64,000 bases of DNA from Trichosphaerium sp. ATCC 40318 (lineage: Eukaryota > Protista > Tubulinea), in contig JALMLS010000481.1 in the NCBI GenBank assembly GCA_038496445.1, positions 1 to 64,000 of the forward strand, written 5' to 3'. Both the position numbers and the translations under genes were made by a program. The notes beneath the pieces were generated by a model. It did not search any database. It was not told the DNA's origin and was given only the letters and a program-made list of their open reading frames with translations. This document shows positions 1 to 11,476 of the stretch, in pieces (the first letter of the stretch is position 1; every line of letters begins with the position of its first letter).

Positions 1-3000
1 AGCTCAGCTTCATCATCGGAAAGGTCAGGAAGATTAAATAGTGTGAAAGAAGAGAAAAAGCGCTTAGATTGGTTAGAATCACTGATGGATATCAATGATG
101 TAGAATGTAACACCGTTTTACGCTTGATGCCGCATTTGGTCTACGACAGCGAAGAAAAACCGGTTGGAGTGGATTGGTACAAGAAAGATCGCACACCACA
201 ACGATGTAAGAAGATAACCGACATCGAGGTATTTTCCAATGATCATGGAGAGTTGGAAGAATTTTTGGCGAGGATGCAAAGGTACTGTACAACGTTCAAA
301 TGCAACCAAGAAGCATGCGTGTACGTACTACGCTCTCGGATAAAAGGACGAGCCCATCGAGTCATCAGGAGTTTGAAGTTCGACAAGAATTACGCGTTGG
401 CGATCTATAGTTTATTGGATAGCTTCCAGACGGTGGTTAACATGATGCGAGCTAAAGAGAAAGTAGCTCAAACGCGTATCCGAGAAAACCAGAATGTATC
501 CAAATTTTATGAATACTTTCTCAGTTTGGCGGATAAAGCGATGATGACCGACAAGGAGAAGGCAACGGCGTTTCTGAAGTGTGTTGGTACAGAGATGAGA
601 CAGTATATTGTAGATACGCTTAAAGAAAAGCTGCAAGATACGTCTATGGCTGCAGTGTACAAGATAGCATCTTGGTACACATATAAGAAGGAGTTGGGCG
701 ATACAGAACAGAAGAGAAAGGATGAAGAACGCAAACGATTGAAGGCAGCGATAGAGAAATCGAGAATAGAGACGCTAAACTCGGTGGCAACGAAGAGAAA
801 CGGCTCTGACAATGATGACGAGCGAGACACGAAGAGAAGACGTACGGATGATTATGACCGCAATGCTCAACAAGCACAGTGGCGTGATCAACGACGTCAA
901 GGCGGTGGTGGTGGACGCGGTAAACGTGGTGGTGGTCGCAGATATGGTGGATACGGTGGCTACGGTAAAAGGAGAGGCTACGAAGGTCGAGATCAAATCG
1001 ACAAATATCGTAGACCTTCCCAACCGAGACCACGTATCAACATCAAATGTTACAGATGTGGAGGCATTGGTCACTTTCAAGATGTGTGTCCTACGCGACT
1101 ACAACTGAACGCGATGGATGTGGACAGTGAAGAAGATGGTGATGGATACGACAGAGATGAGGAAGATCGCCGAGATAGAAGAGATGATCGCGACCGACGT
1201 GACAGACGTGACAGGCGTGACAGGAGCCGTGAAAGGAGCCGTGACAGAAGCCGTGATAGGAGACGTGAGAGGAGTCGCGAGAGAAGCCGTGATAGGAGTC
1301 GTAACAGGAGTAGGAGTAGAAGTAGGAGTAGAAGTAGAAGAGATAATAAAAGTTTTTGGTATAAGGCCTCGGTTGATCAGTCATGTCACTTGTCTACTTC
1401 AGCGAATTTCTTGAACATGTGTGAGGAGTTGAGTGAGAACAAAGCGTTTCATTATACAGTTACAAAGGCGCACGTGAGTGTAAATGGTGTGAGAGTTAAT
1501 GCGTTGATGGATTCAGGAGCATCCATGTGTATTGTTGATTCAAGACTGGTAAAAAGGTTGGGACTGACTAAAAGTATTATACCTAAGACATCACCACCTA
1601 TTTACACAGCAGATAACAAACAAATACCATCGATGGGAGTGATCAAGTTAACCATCGCGATCGGTAAGACGCCTATGCCTGTGACATGCTTTGTCATCAA
1701 CAACTTCAAGTACAAGATATTGTTAGGAACAACAATGCTGAAGAGATGGGGCATGTGCTTGGATTATGGTCGGTTGTTGTTACACAACTACAAGGGTGAT
1801 GAGACACCTATAACGTGTACTCAAGTGAATGATAGAAGGACAGAGTTTGCTAACGTGTTGACAACTAACGCTGTTAAGATACCAGCTTACTCACAATGTA
1901 CGTTCGTGGCCAAATTATCTATTCCAGTCAATGAAAAAGTGGGTATAGTAGAACCACATAGACTGGAAGATAAAGGTGGACACGCGGCATTATTGAATGA
2001 CCTGGGTCTACAGTTGTGTCGATCAGTGGACAGAGCTAGAAAAAGAATGGTTAGAGTGCGTGTCATGAACCCGAGTAATGTAGAAAGGAGGATACCAGCG
2101 AAGTATAACATTGCGAGTTTTGCTGCGTTGGGTGTAGGAGAAGAAGTATGCTCATTGAACTTTGACTATGATAAACAAAAGAAAGACATAGCAAGGGCGT
2201 GTGCAAATGTAACAATGGAAGATGTCAAAGCAGCTCAAAAGAGATTCAAAGTCAACGGGAACCGACTCACTGAAAAACAAAAGTTGCAAGCTTTCAAATT
2301 CATGGCGAGCTACCAACACATATTTGTCGATTCATTGAAGGAGACAGGAGCGGTTAAAGGAATACAACACCGAATACCTGTTGACAAAGGCACGAGACCG
2401 GTTAGTATGCCGTACAGAAGAATGAACCCAAAACAAAGAGAAATCGCAAAAGCAGAAATAGAAAAGATGCTAGAGAACAAACAGATCAAGTACTCCAAAT
2501 CAGAGTGGTCCTCACCAGTTGTGTTAGTTAAAAAGAACAATGGAGAATGGAGATTCTGCATTGACTTCAGACAACTCAACAAGGTGACGAAAAAGGACGT
2601 ACATCCGTTACCAAGAGTAAATGATCTAATGAATGCACTGGCTGGAGCTAAGTTCTTCAGTACGTTTGATGCAATCTCCGGGTATTGGCAGATCCGAATG
2701 CATGCAGACGATGCTGATAAGACAGCCTTTGCCACAGAGTGGGGTCTGTTCGAGTGCGTCGGTATGCCCTTTGGTCTTAAGAATGCGCAAGCAACTTTTC
2801 AAAGACATATGAACCTGATGTTGTCAGGCCTACTCTGGCAGACGTGTCTTTGTTACGTCGACGATATTATAGTGTTCAGTAATACCTTTGAAGAACATCT
2901 AGTACACCTGAAATTATTGTTCGAGAGATTGGAGGAACATAACATGAAATTGAAGGCGAAGAAATCAGTTTTATTTAAAGATCAAGTTGAGTTTTTGGGC

Positions 3001-5619
3001 CATATCGTGAGCGCTGATGGGATATCTACAAATCCTCGTATAACGGATGCAATACAAAGAGCGAAAAGACCTACAAGTAAAGAAGAAGTAGCTCGCTGCT
3101 TAGGTCTTACAGGGTATTATCGCAAATTTGTACCAAAATACGCACAGATTGTAGAACCGATCAATCGATTACGGAACAAAGACATCAAGTGGTACTGGGG
3201 TAAAGAACAACAAAAGGCTTATGAGAAAATCAAAGACCTGTTGTCATCACCACCTATCTTGAAGCATCCAGACTTCTCAAAGCCGTTTGAAATTCATGTA
3301 GATGCCTCCAATGTAGCAGCTGGTGCAACGTTAGTACAGAGACATGGTAAAAGAGAACATGTCATTGCATATTTCAGCAAGACATTCTCTAAACCACAGA
3401 AGAATTATTCTACCATTGAGAGAGAGATGTTGGGTATTGTGTTAGCGTTAGAAGAGTTTAGAGGATACCTGTCGTTTGCTAAATTCAAATTGATTGTATA
3501 CACAGATCACAAACCGCTACAATATCTACAGGATTTACCTAATCCTCGACCTATGTTAGCAAGGTGGCTGTTAAAAATACAACAATTCGATTTCGTGTTA
3601 GTGTATAAAAAGGGTGTCACCCATACAGACGCGGATGCACTGACAAGAGCTCCGTGGGCACAAGAAGAGTTAAATGCTATATCGGATGATAGTATTAATC
3701 AATACTCATCACGAAGAATGGAAGCAGTGTCATTATGGCATAAAGACTACTCATTTGAAGTAGACCATAGTGTGAAACATGTGTTGAATGTATTAGAAAA
3801 AGAAAAGGAGACGGAACATATTAACTGGTCGGAGTGTCAGGCAAAAGACCCTGAACTTACAGCATACATCCAGTTTTTAACTAAAGGAAAAGTCCCTCCA
3901 TATGTCATGAAACAAAAGAACTTTAGAAGAGACGTGTTTGTTACCTTTGCTCGTAGATTAAAATATGACATGGATACAGGAGTGCTGTACCATGTTAATA
4001 GATCGCGAGGAGGGTTCGGAAACAAAGCACCATTACAAATAGTTGTACCTCAAGCTTTACAGCCATACGTACTTCGACAATGTCATGATTTGCCTTTTGC
4101 AGGACATCTAGGATTTGTGAAGACATATGCTAAAGTAATACAACGATTTTATTGGGCAGGTGTATATTCAGACACAAAGGAGTGGTGTCGTACATGTCGT
4201 TCGTGTCAGAGAGGTAAAATATCACGATTACCAAAACCAGGTTTTCTAGTGAATTTTCCGATACTGGAACCGATGCAATTGGTAGCTATGGATATTGTTG
4301 GACCCTTACCAGAGACACGTAAAGGCAACAAATATCTACTGGTGATCACAGATCACTTTACTAAATGGGTAGATGCGTATGCAATACCTAGACATAAAGC
4401 AGTAGACGTAGCACCAATATTTGTGAAAGAGTTTTGTTTTCGGTATGGTATACCAAATAGAGTGTTGACAGATCAAGGAGGTGACTTCACAGGAGACCTC
4501 ATGAAAGAAGTGTTCAAAATACTACGAATTGAAGGTAGTAGAACAGCAGCTTTCCATCCACAGACAGATGGACAGGTAGAACGATTTAATCACACTCTAG
4601 TAGAAATTCTCAGAGCATTTGTTAATGAAAAACAAAATGACTGGGACTACTGGGTACCATACGCGTTATATGCATACAGAACAGCAGTCCACCATGCAAC
4701 TGGATATGCTCCATATGCAATGATGTTTGGCAGAGAACCCAGGTTACCCATAGATATGATATCTAACGAAATCATTGAGATCGAAGATAAATACAATATG
4801 GGTAATTGGGCAGAAGTGTTAGCACATAGATTGCGTTACGCATACCAAATAGCGAGAGAACACATCCTCAAAGCTAAAAAGCAACAGGCGAAGTATTACA
4901 ATGAACGAACACGTCATGTAAACTTCAAGCCAGGGCAGTTAGTGTATGTATTCGTACCTCAGGTGAAAGTAGGACAAAAACAGAAGCTAGCAAAACGATG
5001 GAGAGGTCCCTATGAGATTTTGGAGTTGATGGGTGCTAATACAGCATTGATCAATCTGCCAGAAGCTAGTAGAATGAGTCGTGTTATCAACTTCAGACGC
5101 CTAAAACCATACATTGACTCATTTTTGAGACCGGAAGGGGCTCCGGACAAAGATGAAGTAATGCGTAAGTTTGAAGGCAGAGAGGTAGAATTTCATGACC
5201 AAGACAGGAGTGAGAACTTCGTTGATGAGGAGGAGAGAGTATTAAGAGAGTCAGGAGATGAAATTACAGCCACGAAAGAGCTGACAAAACAGATAAGAAG
5301 AGCAACGCAAGAAGATAAAGAGAGTAGGGAACCAGTGAAGGACTCACGAAGAGGATATGAACATCGGATAGACATCCTTTTAGAGCTATTGCGAGATGTG
5401 TTGCAATCAGCCAGGATAGTAACTAAAGATGATAACAAATCCATTGTGAAAAGTTTGATTGATAAAGGTAGCCCTTACATGCGAAGCAGTAGCACGCAGA
5501 AGGAGCTATTATCACAAATGTCCAAGTGTAATACAAATGGGAGTTTTATTAAATGGTTACAGAGGATTATAAAAGAAGAGAAAGAAGTGTTTAAAAGAGA
5601 GAGGCGTTTACGAGACTAG
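1..5619 (+). CDS. Ty3/Gypsy gag-pol polyprotein (5' end lies outside the window)
   Basis: The frame is open from base 1. Domain order is gag, CCHC knuckle (CYRCGGIGHFQDVC), aspartic protease (ALMDSGA), RT (YVDD; LPRVNDL, MPFGLKNA), RNase H (VDAS...YTDH), then integrase (HHCC, DIVGP...TDQG...VERFN, GPY). PR-RT-RH-IN order is diagnostic of Gypsy. No stop or frameshift. Confidence 0.97.
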   Translation, partial: SSASSSERSGRLNSVKEEKKRLDWLESLMDINDVECNTVLRLMPHLVYDSEEKPVGVDWYKKDRTPQRCKKITDIEVFSNDHGELEEFLARMQRYCTTFKCNQEACVYVLRSRIKGRAHRVIRSLKFDKNYALAIYSLLDSFQTVVNMMRAKEKVAQTRIRENQNVSKFYEYFLSLADKAMMTDKEKATAFLKCVGTEMRQYIVDTLKEKLQDTSMAAVYKIASWYTYKKELGDTEQKRKDEERKRLKAAIEKSRIETLNSVATKRNGSDNDDERDTKRRRTDDYDRNAQQAQWRDQRRQGGGGGRGKRGGGRRYGGYGGYGKRRGYEGRDQIDKYRRPSQPRPRINIKCYRCGGIGHFQDVCPTRLQLNAMDVDSEEDGDGYDRDEEDRRDRRDDRDRRDRRDRRDRSRERSRDRSRDRRRERSRERSRDRSRNRSRSRSRSRSRRDNKSFWYKASVDQSCHLSTSANFLNMCEELSENKAFHYTVTKAHVSVNGVRVNALMDSGASMCIVDSRLVKRLGLTKSIIPKTSPPIYTADNKQIPSMGVIKLTIAIGKTPMPVTCFVINNFKYKILLGTTMLKRWGMCLDYGRLLLHNYKGDETPITCTQVNDRRTEFANVLTTNAVKIPAYSQCTFVAKLSIPVNEKVGIVEPHRLEDKGGHAALLNDLGLQLCRSVDRARKRMVRVRVMNPSNVERRIPAKYNIASFAALGVGEEVCSLNFDYDKQKKDIARACANVTMEDVKAAQKRFKVNGNRLTEKQKLQAFKFMASYQHIFVDSLKETGAVKGIQHRIPVDKGTRPVSMPYRRMNPKQREIAKAEIEKMLENKQIKYSKSEWSSPVVLVKKNNGEWRFCIDFRQLNKVTKKDVHPLPRVNDLMNALAGAKFFSTFDAISGYWQIRMHADDADKTAFATEWGLFECVGMPFGLKNAQATFQRHMNLMLSGLLWQTCLCYVDDIIVFSNTFEEHLVHLKLLFERLEEHNMKLKAKKSVLFKDQVEFLGHIVSADGISTNPRITDAIQRAKRPTSKEEVARCLGLTGYYRKFVPKYAQIVEPINRLRNKDIKWYWGKEQQKAYEKIKDLLSSPPILKHPDFSKPFEIHVDASNVAAGATLVQRHGKREHVIAYFSKTFSKPQKNYSTIEREMLGIVLALEEFRGYLSFAKFKLIVYTDHKPLQYLQDLPNPRPMLARWLLKIQQFDFVLVYKKGVTHTDADALTRAPWAQEELNAISDDSINQYSSRRMEAVSLWHKDYSFEVDHSVKHVLNVLEKEKETEHINWSECQAKDPELTAYIQFLTKGKVPPYVMKQKNFRRDVFVTFARRLKYDMDTGVLYHVNRSRGGFGNKAPLQIVVPQALQPYVLRQCHDLPFAGHLGFVKTYAKVIQRFYWAGVYSDTKEWCRTCRSCQRGKISRLPKPGFLVNFPILEPMQLVAMDIVGPLPETRKGNKYLLVITDHFTKWVDAYAIPRHKAVDVAPIFVKEFCFRYGIPNRVLTDQGGDFTGDLMKEVFKILRIEGSRTAAFHPQTDGQVERFNHTLVEILRAFVNEKQNDWDYWVPYALYAYRTAVHHATGYAPYAMMFGREPRLPIDMISNEIIEIEDKYNMGNWAEVLAHRLRYAYQIAREHILKAKKQQAKYYNERTRHVNFKPGQLVYVFVPQVKVGQKQKLAKRWRGPYEILELMGANTALINLPEASRMSRVINFRRLKPYIDSFLRPEGAPDKDEVMRKFEGREVEFHDQDRSENFVDEEERVLRESGDEITATKELTKQIRRATQEDKESREPVKDSRRGYEHRIDILLELLRDVLQSARIVTKDDNKSIVKSLIDKGSPYMRSSSTQKELLSQMSKCNTNGSFIKWLQRIIKEEKEVFKRERRLRD

Positions 5620-5784
5620 ATATAAATTGACCTCCATATTTATGGTTTAATGGTTGCTAAGGGTTTCCAATATCTCAGTCAAGTAAACAGTAAAGATAGA
5701 ATTACGTGAACCAAAGAGTCATCTAAAACTGATGGAGTTCAACACTCTCACGTGAGGACACGCTCTAAAGAAAGAGGGGAGTTA

Positions 5785-5875
5785 TGTAAGGAGTAAATAA
5801 TGTAACTTAATGTACATGAGCTCACTTAGAGCAGAATAAATTAGTTGATATCACGTGACGGTTTTAGTCTTTACA
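5785..5875 (+). repeat. Putative 3' LTR (~91 bp)
   Basis: Starts TGTAAGGAGTAA just after the PPT and ends TTAGTCTTTACA (10/12 inverted match). Contains AATAAA and TCACGTGA. The 5' LTR is not in the window, so the length is unconfirmed. Confidence 0.65.
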
Positions 5876-6263
5876 GTACTATTATCAACCTCAAACAACT
5901 GTGAATCTCTCATTTTAACACCTGTGTCAGACAAAGATCTCCAAAAATCACGTGCACATTTACCTATTTCCTTGAAAAAAAATTGTTTGGAAAATACCAA
6001 GGTCCGAATAACTTTGGGGTAATAACAGCGGCTACCTACCTATCAATATTGGCGAAAAAGTTTGTTTATTCTGAGTGTCGCTATCACTCGTTTGTGTCCT
6101 CACAACTCTTGTGAATTTTACTTACCTCTAATGGTTCTCTGAAATAATTTAAACGGATGCGAAGCTAAGCATGTTAGTACTCCGAGAACGTATGGCACCT
6201 ACTCATTGTTGATGCCAGAAAAATATGTGAATATTCGTTTAGGAGTAGTACCTTAAGAACAAA

Positions 6264-7473
6264 ATGTCAAGACGCATCACTCTATTACAACACTTCTTAA
6301 CTATTTGTGTACCACATATAGGTCATTCAAAGCCATGTATTGTACGTCCTAACTTCTTGTTTTGTTCAGTTTTTCTTTCCAGTGACCAATTTGAAGAAAA
6401 AAGATTGGTGTCCCTAGTTCCTATCACCACGCATACCGCCAATTGATAGTCACATTATTGCGTTATTATCTCCGACTAAATAAAACGGATTAGGTACACT
6501 TTAAAAATGATACGTCAATGAAAGGATGGCTTGTTTACCTCACCAAAAAAAGTACAGATGACTTTCTACAACATGGTAAATCAACATCATCAACGATTCG
6601 AAATGCCTATGACTTCTGTATACGCTCTACACTACCAGTAAGTGCCTTAGAATTCACATGTCAAATACATTTTCTGGGCGCTCCAAACGCTACAGTTCGT
6701 GATTTGTTAGACAACATAAAAAAGAAACAACTCAGTGTTTTTAGAGACGAAGGAATAGATTTAAGGAGTGCTTCATTGGAATGGAAACAATGAACGAACT
6801 CGTAATATTTCATCCGCTAGGACCTGACATGAGTAAACCATATTTTCCTTCTGATTACGAGTCCACGCAGCACCACAAAGTATCTGGTACGAAATTAAGG
6901 CAGAAAAAGCCAACAACGCTTTAGCGATCATTTCATCTTGCTCACTTTGGGCGTCTAGGGTTTTCACACGTTGTCGAGCTTGTTAGCAACGAAGAGGTAT
7001 TTCACGTGGACAATATGAGCTCTGATAATTTTGGTGGAGTGTGGTTTAACCCTGAACTAAACAAAAGTTCATCCAATCTATCATCGTCATCTGACTCCCT
7101 ATCTGAAGAACTTGAGTTCCCAATTCATACATCCTCTGTTTCCTCTACAAACACAAGCGCACATGAAGGCAAATTAAATGGTCCGTTTTGTACAGTATTT
7201 GTTGCGAATGAAAACGGTATTTCACAAGAACACGGAGGTATGTAACGATTATTTTCCACTTTATGAAAACCTTTCATCTAATATCAGCTTTGTGAAGGTG
7301 ACGTCTTTGGTGAGGTTAATCATCTAAAGCATGTAGAGCAACGTAACCATCAGGTGGCAATAGAGAATGAAGAGTTAAAGAATTGTATTGTACCGTACAC
7401 TCACGAGTACTACGAGCATGAACTTTGGAATTATTACGAGGGATGTGACTATGAATATGGTGCTACGTACTAG
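6264..7473 (+). CDS. Five-exon protein of unknown function with divergent winged-helix-like N-terminal domain (paralog A)
   Basis: Spliced model MSRRITLLQHFL...KPCI|VHFKND...GWLVYLTK...TIRNAYDFCIRSTLP|RRRNRFKE...FHPLGPDM...|GFSHV...VWFNPELN...|...YGATY*. Exon content and intron phases match the paralog at 23612-24762. Confidence 0.75.
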
Positions 7474-8820
7474 CTTCACCACAACACAGATAGACGCGGG
7501 CTACAGTTGAATCTTCGTAATTTCAACAATTTTTACAATGCTTCATTGTCTAGAAGGACGTTTATACCTCATACAGCGTCTTACATTTGTAATAAATAAA
7601 AACAATGTACTAATAAAAAACAACATTAAAATCCTTCTGCCGGTATTTCTTCGACCTCCAATCGTCTGTATGTACGCACACATACCTATGTACTTGTTGT
7701 AACTACCCATTGTTGTTTAGGAGCGCAGTGAGAGCAAGAAATCAAACAAATAAAATGGCCCAGGTTAGGTAAAATTTTGCACGTTGAGACGAGGAGAGAA
7801 CGCCTTTTACAACTATTTTAAAACGATCACGTCACACTCTTGGTGAGGCAAGTTTTGTAGGAAGAACAGATAAGATCAAGATAGTTATGCGCTCAGTTAT
7901 TATAACGGGATGTAAACATCATTATTATAATTTCCCAGGAGGTGGTGGAGATCCACCTAATATGTGGATAAGATCCACATATGTGGATCTCGACCAACAT
8001 TATTACACTTTTCCCACTCGGTTTTGTTTTGGTCATATTTTTATTCCTATTAGGGCTGTTTTACTACATGTCGTACTCAAGGTACCACGCAATATTTTCT
8101 TGAAACTTTGTAAAGTCATTATTTATTGTGGGGAGAATAATGGTACAAAATAATGGTTCTGTGAAATATTACTTGACTTTGTCAGAAAAGTAGTAAGTCA
8201 GAAATGTAAGTTTGTCGCCCTCCGCAGTCTACGATAAAACTACACTAACAGAAGTACCATTAATGTAAGGATATCATATAGTTGACGAGGGACTCAAGGG
8301 CGTCGAAAAAAAAACTACACGGAGGAAAGGCATTAATGTGTTTTCTTTTCGGAACGGGAATAACAACTGTACTTTTAAGTGTACTCGGAAAGTACGAAAA
8401 TTTGGTCTTTAATCTCTTCTTAATATCAGAAACAGGTAGCGCTTTATTCTGTTCCTTCAAGTTAAGCGCGTTTGTAGCTGGTTCCAAGAGCTCGTGCACC
8501 TGTTGCTGCTCCACAGAGTTGTCAAAATAATGTCTACACTACTCGCATACGGAACACCACACGTGAGGATAAGGGTTAAGATGGGCTTGGTGATGTGTAC
8601 AGACTCAAGTTGAAGGCAATGCAATATAACATGCTTGCTGGTACTTTCTTGCTGTAAGATGCTAGCTTATCACGAGTTCTCCAAACACGTTTTAGTGCTG
8701 AGAACTGTTTTTAAATAAGTCTTCGAAATAACGGCCAAACACTCCCTTCCTGTATCCAGTTGTCGCTGGCTCTTGGATACCTTACTTTTAATATTCCTTG
8801 GACTAAAAGAGATTGTTTAG

Positions 8821-8964
8821 GTCCATTTCATGGATAAGACGCCAATGAAAGGATGGCTTGTGTACATCAGCAAAGAAAGCACTCAACTTTTCTATCACAT
8901 GGAAAATCTACCGCAACAACAATCAGAAACGCCTATTGAATTCGGTATACGCTCTACGCTACCT
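8821..8964 (+). pseudogene. Frameshifted single-exon remnant of the 6264/23612 family
   Basis: VHFMDKTPMKGWLVYISKEST...HGKSTATTIRNAY...FGIRSTLP is readable only across two frameshifts. Other exons were not found. Confidence 0.8.
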
Positions 8965-9683
8965 TTATGGACAATATTAGATGCCTTTTGAAGGTGTTGA
9001 GGATTCTAGTTTTGAGTAATATCAAACAATTTAATTGTTTCTACAACAATTATCAGCGCTGTTAGTTTTCAGAATGTGTGTTCTTTGAATGTACCTAAAT
9101 AAAACCTTAGCGCTTATTGACCCCTTTGTTACGTTTTCATAGTTGCTGAAACACAATATTTAGACCTAGCGCTTGTTAATCAACCTTCGATCTTGTTCAA
9201 TTGCAATTTAATTACAACTCCTTAGTACAAAGCACGTGTATACCCAGCCATTCAACCTCTATAAATTCATCTAGCCGTTGAAGTATGTATGCCTACAAAC
9301 CACCTCCAACTACATTTGAGAAGCTGTCGGTAATACTACAATTCTTAGCCAAGAAAACGAATCACTCTAAATAATTATTGTACACTCTATTCAGCCACGA
9401 ACAACAGGTTTTGCCAGTCAACAATTAAATTGTTTAATGCCCTACAGAAGCCCAGAGATCCTTTAGAACTTCCTTATAAAACAACCGCCTCCTGTGGTTG
9501 CGTGAACAAATTATATTACAGCAACAAAAGCGAGTAGACTTAGCGTTGATTAAGCGAGCTACAGCAGAAGTGGGAATTTAACTTAAATGGCCGCAACTAT
9601 CATTGTACGCATTAAATGAGCGGTATCAACCAAATTACGACTACATTAACACGTTAAGTAGCCAAGCACGTCAAAATCAACTT

Positions 9684-10288
9684 ATGATCATCTGCTAGAC
9701 ATCCCGCTTGAGCTACACCTATATATTACCGATTTAGACTTTGAAGTCTATTCAAAATGGCCTATACTGTCTAAATACACAGCAACGTCTACAAGGTTTG
9801 ACTATAAACTAAGAAAACGAGGTAGATGGCGTAACCATGAATCACAAATTCATTATTCATGGAAACGAGGTAAAAGACACGGAAAACAGAAAGAGTGGTA
9901 CTCTAATGGTTCTCTGTATAAAACATCTTTTTTTGTAAGAGGTGTAAGACAAGGTATGGTTAAAGAGTGGCTATTGAACGGTCAGTTGTATCTACAGTAT
10001 TACTGTGAGAATAACAAAGTTCACGGAAAGTATAAGAAGTGGTATTCAACTTGTAATCAATTAGAATGTCGAGGAAATTATGTTAATGGTAAACTAGAAG
10101 GAGAACAAAGATATTGGTATGAGAACGGACGAAAAAGTATGCAATTTTATTGTGTATGTGGAGTGAAGCATGGAGAGTATAAAGAGTGGTTTGATAGCGG
10201 TCAATTATGGAGACAGTGTTTGTATGTGAATGGTAATGCTACAGAGGCTAAGATATGGTATGATGATGGCGAATTGTGTACTTTGTAG
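9684..10288 (+). CDS. F-box-like + MORN-variant repeat protein with out-of-frame start codon (possible pseudogene or sequence error)
   Basis: The frame of the 9956 ORF is open back to ~9662 and reads DHLLDIPLELHLYITDLDFEVYSKWPILSKYTA..., homologous to the 60976 protein. ATG at 9684 is one base out of frame. Repeats of the type NGKLEGE..WYENG. Confidence 0.8.
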
Positions 10289-10664
10289 CTTGACAATGAC
10301 AAGTGTCATAACCAAGGGTGTATGTCACCACGTGTTTGAGCAGTTGTGGAACAAGGTGCTTGTATCTTCATACAATCAATCAGTTCAATTCCTGCTTGGA
10401 GTTTCTGGCTGGATGATCAGGTTCTTTCAGGGTAATGGCATCCATTGGTAATAGAAATGTAGACAAATAAAGTCTATTCCAGCATTGACTGTTCAATAAA
10501 AAAAAGTTTTACTGGTTTTTATTTTAAGGACAGTTTGAAAACACAACATAAGCTCTTTTTACGGGTTATTGATAGTCCAAGAGGTCGATTGTTAAGAAAA
10601 TCTAGCGATTAATTTCAAACACAGATTTTGAAACTAAGTTGTGTTCACGTGACATGACACCAAA

Positions 10665-11476
10665 TTAATAAAAATCTAGTTGTTCAAGGTTGACCAATGT
10701 CTTTAAAGCTAATTCTGTTATATTAAAGCAATCATACATATTAAGGTGTTTGACATTGGTCAACGATTTGATCCCATCATCTGTTATAAATGTCCCATGA
10801 GCGATATTGACAGTGTGCACATTGCAAAGATGTTTGAGCCATGAGTCTTTTGGGAAAGTAAGAGTTATCTCATGAACGTCTTTGAGTGCTTTGATTCCTT
10901 CAACTGTAATATTATCGCAGTAACAGAGGTCAATAGTGTGTACACCAACAAGACTTTGGAGTGCTTCATCCGTCACTGATGTCTTTCCAAGGTCAATTTT
11001 ATGAACACCTGCAAGTGCTTTAACACCTTCGTCAGTAATGCCACCACAACCAGATAGATAAATGGTATGAACACCAGCAAGTGATTTTATGCCGTTATCT
11101 GTAACACTGCAACCACGTATATCAATGGTATGTACACCAGCAAATCTTTTTAAAATACTAGTAGAGCACTTGAACCTAAGTCGGATTTTTGTATGTCGCA
11201 GAATACCACTGTGTTTTAACAGTGCTTTTGCTTGGTCTTCATTTCTTATCCTAACTTTCTTGTATCCAATAACATCATGAATGATAGAAGCAAACAGATT
11301 ACAGGTTTGGCAAGCTGCAAAGCGTGATTTTTTGGTTTGTCGTAAAATATGCACCACTATCTCTGTAGGTAAGTCTAAAATGTGTATCGGTACACTGTGG
11401 GAAGTTAGGAGGTTGAACAGAGCTTTTAAATTAGTATATACCTTTTATGTGCGATAACTAGACGTTGTTTAGACAT
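10665..11476 (-). CDS. F-box + LRR protein
   Basis: Exon 1 MSKQRLVIAHK, phase-2 intron 11441-11395 (GT-AG), then ILDLPTEIVVHIL (F-box) and VHTIDL..TDEGVKALAG repeats. C-terminus is shorter than in paralogs. Confidence 0.88.

Larger units (their letters stand above)
1..5875 (+). mobile_element. Ty3/Gypsy LTR retrotransposon, 3' portion
   Basis: gag-pol is followed by a polypurine tract (AAAGAAAGAGGGGAG, ~5767-5781) and a TG...CA bounded LTR. Confidence 0.93.

Noticed and set aside
8050-8660. Minus-strand reading frame with in-frame TGA/TAG/TAA, suggesting an alternative genetic code; also an ATATCCTT U12-like donor near 8275
   Set aside because: Conserved genes end in TAA, TAG and TGA and contain no internal stops, so this is more likely a decayed gene. 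No matching U12 branch site and AC acceptor could be placed.
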